Positions 60,000-64,000 of a DNA stretch of 64,000 nucleotides are shown here, piece by piece; the stretch's first letter is position 1; each line of letters begins with the position of its first letter. Position numbers and translations under genes: made by a program. The DNA is taken from NCBI RefSeq assembly GCF_044704955.1, contig NC_091999.1:10850001-10914000 (forward strand), given 5' to 3'. The stretch is from Pristiophorus japonicus. Its lineage: Eukaryota. The notes beneath the pieces are model-generated. The model was not told the DNA's origin. It was given only the letters and a program-made list of their open reading frames with translations, and ran no database searches.

Positions 60000-62830
60000 T
60001 GCCTCTTCCAGCAAATTAATGAGACTAAATGAGGATAAGTGCCCTTTACCCTGATGGCCTGCATCCTACGGTCTTAAAATGGGTGGCTGCAGAGATAGTG
60101 GATCCAATGCTTGTAATCTACAAAAATTACCTGGATTCTGGCGAGGCCTCAGTGGACTGGAAAACCACAAATCTGATGCCCCTATTTAAGAAAGGAGAGA
60201 GACAGAAAGCAGGAAACTATATCTCAGTTAGCCTAATATCTGTCGTTGGGAAAATGCTGCATTCCATTATTGAGGACGTAGTAGCTGGTCCTTTAGGAAA
60301 TCAGAATGCAGACAAGCAGAGGCAGCATGGTTTCATGAAAGCGAAATCATGTTTGACAAATTTGCTCCAGTTCATTGAGGAACTAACGAGCAGGGTGGAT
60401 ATAGTGGAACCAGAATTTGTCGTGTATTTGGATTTCCAAAAAGCATTCAATTAGATGCCACGTTAAAGATTATTGCACAAGATAAAAGCTCACGTGGTTG
60501 TGGGTAATATATTAGCGTTCATAGTGGATTATATGACTAACGGAAAGCAGACAGCCGAGATAAATGGGTAATTTTCAGGTTGCAAACTGTAACTAGTGGT
60601 TTGCAAAGGGATCATTGCTGGGGCCTCAACTATTTACAATTTGTATTAATTACTTGGATGAAGGGACCGAGTGTCACAAACCCAAAGTAACTAATGATAC
60701 AAAAATAAGTTTGAAAGCAAGTTGTGTGCAGGAAGCAATTAATCTACAAAGGAACATAGATAGGCTAATTAAGTAGGCAAAAATTTGAATAATTGAGTAT
60801 ATTGTGCAACAATGTGAGGTTATCGTCTTGGTAGGAAAAATAAAAATCTAATTATTATTTTACATTTGGAGAGATTACAAAATGAAATGGTACAGAGGGA
60901 TCTGGGTGTCCTTGTACAGGAAACTGAAAAACGTTATAATACAGGTACAACAAGTAATTGGGAAGGCAAATGGACTGTTGGCCTTTATTGTAAGGGGGAT
61001 AGAATATAAAACCAGATATGTCCTGCTACTACTGTACAGATTATTGGTGAGACCACACCTGGTGCATTGCGTACAGTTTGGTCTCCTTATTTAAGGAAAG
61101 ATACACTTGCATTGGAGGCAGTTCAGAGATGTTTCACGAGATTGATTCCTGCGATGAAGGGGTTCTCTTATGAAGATAGGTTGAGCAGGTTGGGCATGTA
61201 CATATTGGAGTTCCGAAGACAGAGGTGGTCCATTGAAATGGATATGATTCTGAGGGGGCTTAACACGGTACATGCAGAGCGGATATTTACCCTCGTGCGG
61301 GTAGCTAGAACTCGGGGGCATAGTTTCAGAATAAGGGGTCGCCCCTTTAAACATAGAAACATAGAAAATAGATGCAGGTGTAGGGCATTTGTCCCTTCGA
61401 GCCTGCACTACAATTCAATATGTTCATGGCTGATCCTGCAACCTTAGCACCCCATTCCTGCTTTCTCTGCATACCCTTGATTCCTTTAGCATTAAGGGCC
61501 ATATCTAACTCCCTTTTGAATATATCCAATGTACTGCCCTCAACAACTTACTGTGGTCAAGAATTCCACAGGTTCACTATTCTCTGTGTGAAGAAGTTTC
61601 TCCTCAACTCGGTCCTAAATGACTTACCCCTTACCCTTAGACTGTGACCCCTGGTTCTGGACTTCACCAACATCGAAACATTCTTCCTACATCTAACCTG
61701 TCCAATCCTGTCAGAATTTTAAATGTTCTTCTCAATTCCAGTGAATATAAGCCTAGTCGATGCAGTCTTTCTTCATATGTCAGTCTTGCCATCCCCGGCA
61801 TAGCCTGGTGAACCTTCACTGCACTCCCTCAATGGCAAGATTTTCCTTTCTCATATTAGGAGAACAAAACTGTACACAATATTCAAGGCGTGGCCTCACC
61901 AAGGACCTGTACAACTGCAGCAAGACCTCCCTGCTCCTATACTCAAATGCACTTGCTGTGAAGGCCAACATCCCATTTGCCTTCTTCACCGCCTGCTGTA
62001 CCTGCATGCCAACTTTCAATCACTGATATACCATGACACCCAGGTCTCGTTGCACCTCCCTTTTTCCTAATCCGTCAAAATTCGGATAATATTCTGCCTT
62101 CCTGTTTTTGCCATCAAAGATAAAAGTCTCACATTTATATACATCATACTGCATCTGCCATGCATTTGCCCACTCACCTTACATGTCTAAGTCACCTTGC
62201 AGCCTCTGAGAATTCTCCTCACAACTCACACTACCACCCAGCTTAGTGCCATCTGCAAACCTGGAGATATTACATTCAATGCATTCCTTTAAATCATTAA
62301 TGTATATTGTGAATAGCTGGGGTCCCAGCACTGAAACTTGGGGTACACAACTAGTCACTGCCTGCCATTCTGAACAGTACCCGTGTAATCCTACCCTTTG
62401 CTTCCTGTCTGCCAACCAGTTCTCTATCCACGTCAATCCATTATCCCCAATACCATGTGCTTGAATTGTGCACATTAATCTCTTGTGTGGGACCTTGTCA
62501 AAAGCCTTTTGAAATTCCAAATACACCACGTCCGCAGATTCTCCCTTGTCCACTCTACAAGTTAAATCCAAAATAAAGAGGAATTTCTTCTCTCGGGGGC
62601 CGTGAATCTTTGGGATTCTAGACCTCAGAAGCTGTGAAGTGTCGTTCATTGGATGTATTTAAGATGGAGATGTACTTTTTTGAACGATAAGGGAGGCAAG
62701 GTTTATGGGGATTGGGCGGGGAAGTGGAGTTGAGGCCAGAATCAGATCAGCCATGATATTTTTTTGAATGGCGGAGCAGGCTCGAGAAGGCAAGTGGCCT
62801 GCTCCTGCTCCAATTTCTTATTTTCTTATG
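60000..62830 (+). mobile_element. Decayed CR1 with nested minus-strand CR1 (about 61350-62570)
   Basis: 'PDGLHP..DFQKAFN', 'RPHLVHCVQF'; nested 'EFQKAFDKVPH..PQVSVLGPQLF..FADGTK' with CATAGAAA tail. Confidence 0.9.
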
Positions 62831-63419
62831 TTCTTATGTTTTCCATTATTATTAATTCTCGTGAGGTCGGTGAGGATCCCAGGATTTATTAGCCATTCCG
62901 CAGATTCCCCTAGATAAGGTGATGGTGGTCCTTTTTCTGGGACTGCTGTATTTCTGCTCTTTGCACCCGTTTGACACAATTGACTGGCTTACTGGGCCGC
63001 TTCACCGAACAGTCAAGAGACAACCATGTTGTGTATGGCACCGGAGTCCCATAAGGGACAGAACCGGATAAGGCAGCAGTTTTCCTTCCAAATTAAAACG
63101 TTTGTAATGTAGTTGGGGTTTTTACCACAATCTGAGTTTCACGATCATTTCTACCAATAACTGCATCTTATTTATTTGTAAAATATCTGAATTCAAATTT
63201 CTAAACTAGCATAGTAGAAGTTGAACAAGCACACTCTAGATTATTAGCTCACACCAAGGGATTATTTGTTGAGTACAGAACCAGCACACTCCGACACGCC
63301 TTAAAACTTCATTTTCTCTGCATCAACCAATCGATATGAAAGTGTCAAGAGTAATATAAACAGAGAGTTGGTTTAGTGCAGTCATAACTAAGACACGTAC
63401 TAATGTAATGTAATACGAG

Positions 63420-63770
63420 ATATTTAGAGAGAGACAGATGGAGAGAAATCGATAGAGAAACAGAGTGAAATAAATAGAAGGGAAGAGAGTGAGAGATAAC
63501 GAGAGAGTGAAACAATGCGAGATTGAGACAGAGAGAGAGAGACAGAGCGAAGAACAGAGAGAGAGAGAGTGAGAGAGATACAGAAAAAGGGACATTGTAA
63601 GAGACTGAGAGACAGACAGACAGGGAGATAGGCAGACACAGACACGGAGCCAATGAGATACATACAGTGAGAATCAGACGGAGATGAGAGACAAAGCGAT
63701 AGTGAAAAAGATAGAGAGTGAAATAGAGTGACAGAGAAAGGGCCACAGCGAGAGAAACAGAGAGATGAGC
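63420..63770. repeat. GA-rich low-complexity tract
   Basis: (GA)n/(GACA)n; explains spurious S/L-rich ORFs. Confidence 0.88.
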
Positions 63771-64000
63771 TGAAGCAAACGTTTTGCATCGTTAAACTAA
63801 AAAAATGAAGAAGAGATATCAAATAATTCTGAATAAAGACTGGAGACAAAGGGTCAGACGGGACAGGCATGCACGGAAAGGGCATTGAACGAAAATGTGC
63901 TACAGATGCCGTTGCGCAGTGTATTTCTTTTATAAATGTGCTTCAAATTCACCAGCTAATATAATTACACCGGTGAACATCACCGGTTCTTGTTCAGACG

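Noticed and set aside
63323-63885. Three S/L-rich ORFs
   Set aside because: Translation of a GA microsatellite

Overview
This is vertebrate DNA from a cartilaginous fish, inferred from the NAR-type V gene and the shark-type CR1/SINE repeats. It covers part of the variable region of a T-cell receptor alpha/delta locus. The key element is an apparently intact NAR-TCR cassette on the minus strand at 3975-5280: leader, IgNAR-like V with a 22-bp-spacer RSS, a 12/12 D, and a 23-RSS J with a splice donor. The rest of the window holds about 17 TCR alpha/delta-type V segments from about 7 families, in both orientations. Three have an intact leader and V frame (14.6k, 22.8k, 44.1k), and most others are pseudogenes. 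They arose by tandem duplication of a ~12-19 kb multi-V cassette with local deletions and one inversion. One V (10.6k) has a CDR1 cysteine and a destroyed leader, the hallmarks of a NAR-TCR 'supporting' V, but it lies upstream of the NAR cassette. One V family has a conserved non-23 RSS spacer with an adjacent CTCF-like site. Roughly half the window is decayed, often nested CR1 LINEs, plus L2/RTE fragments, a Deu-type SINE, a solo LTR and satellites. No constant exon and no conventional TCR D/J segments were seen. Family letters A-F are my own labels, and coordinates of decayed elements are approximate.
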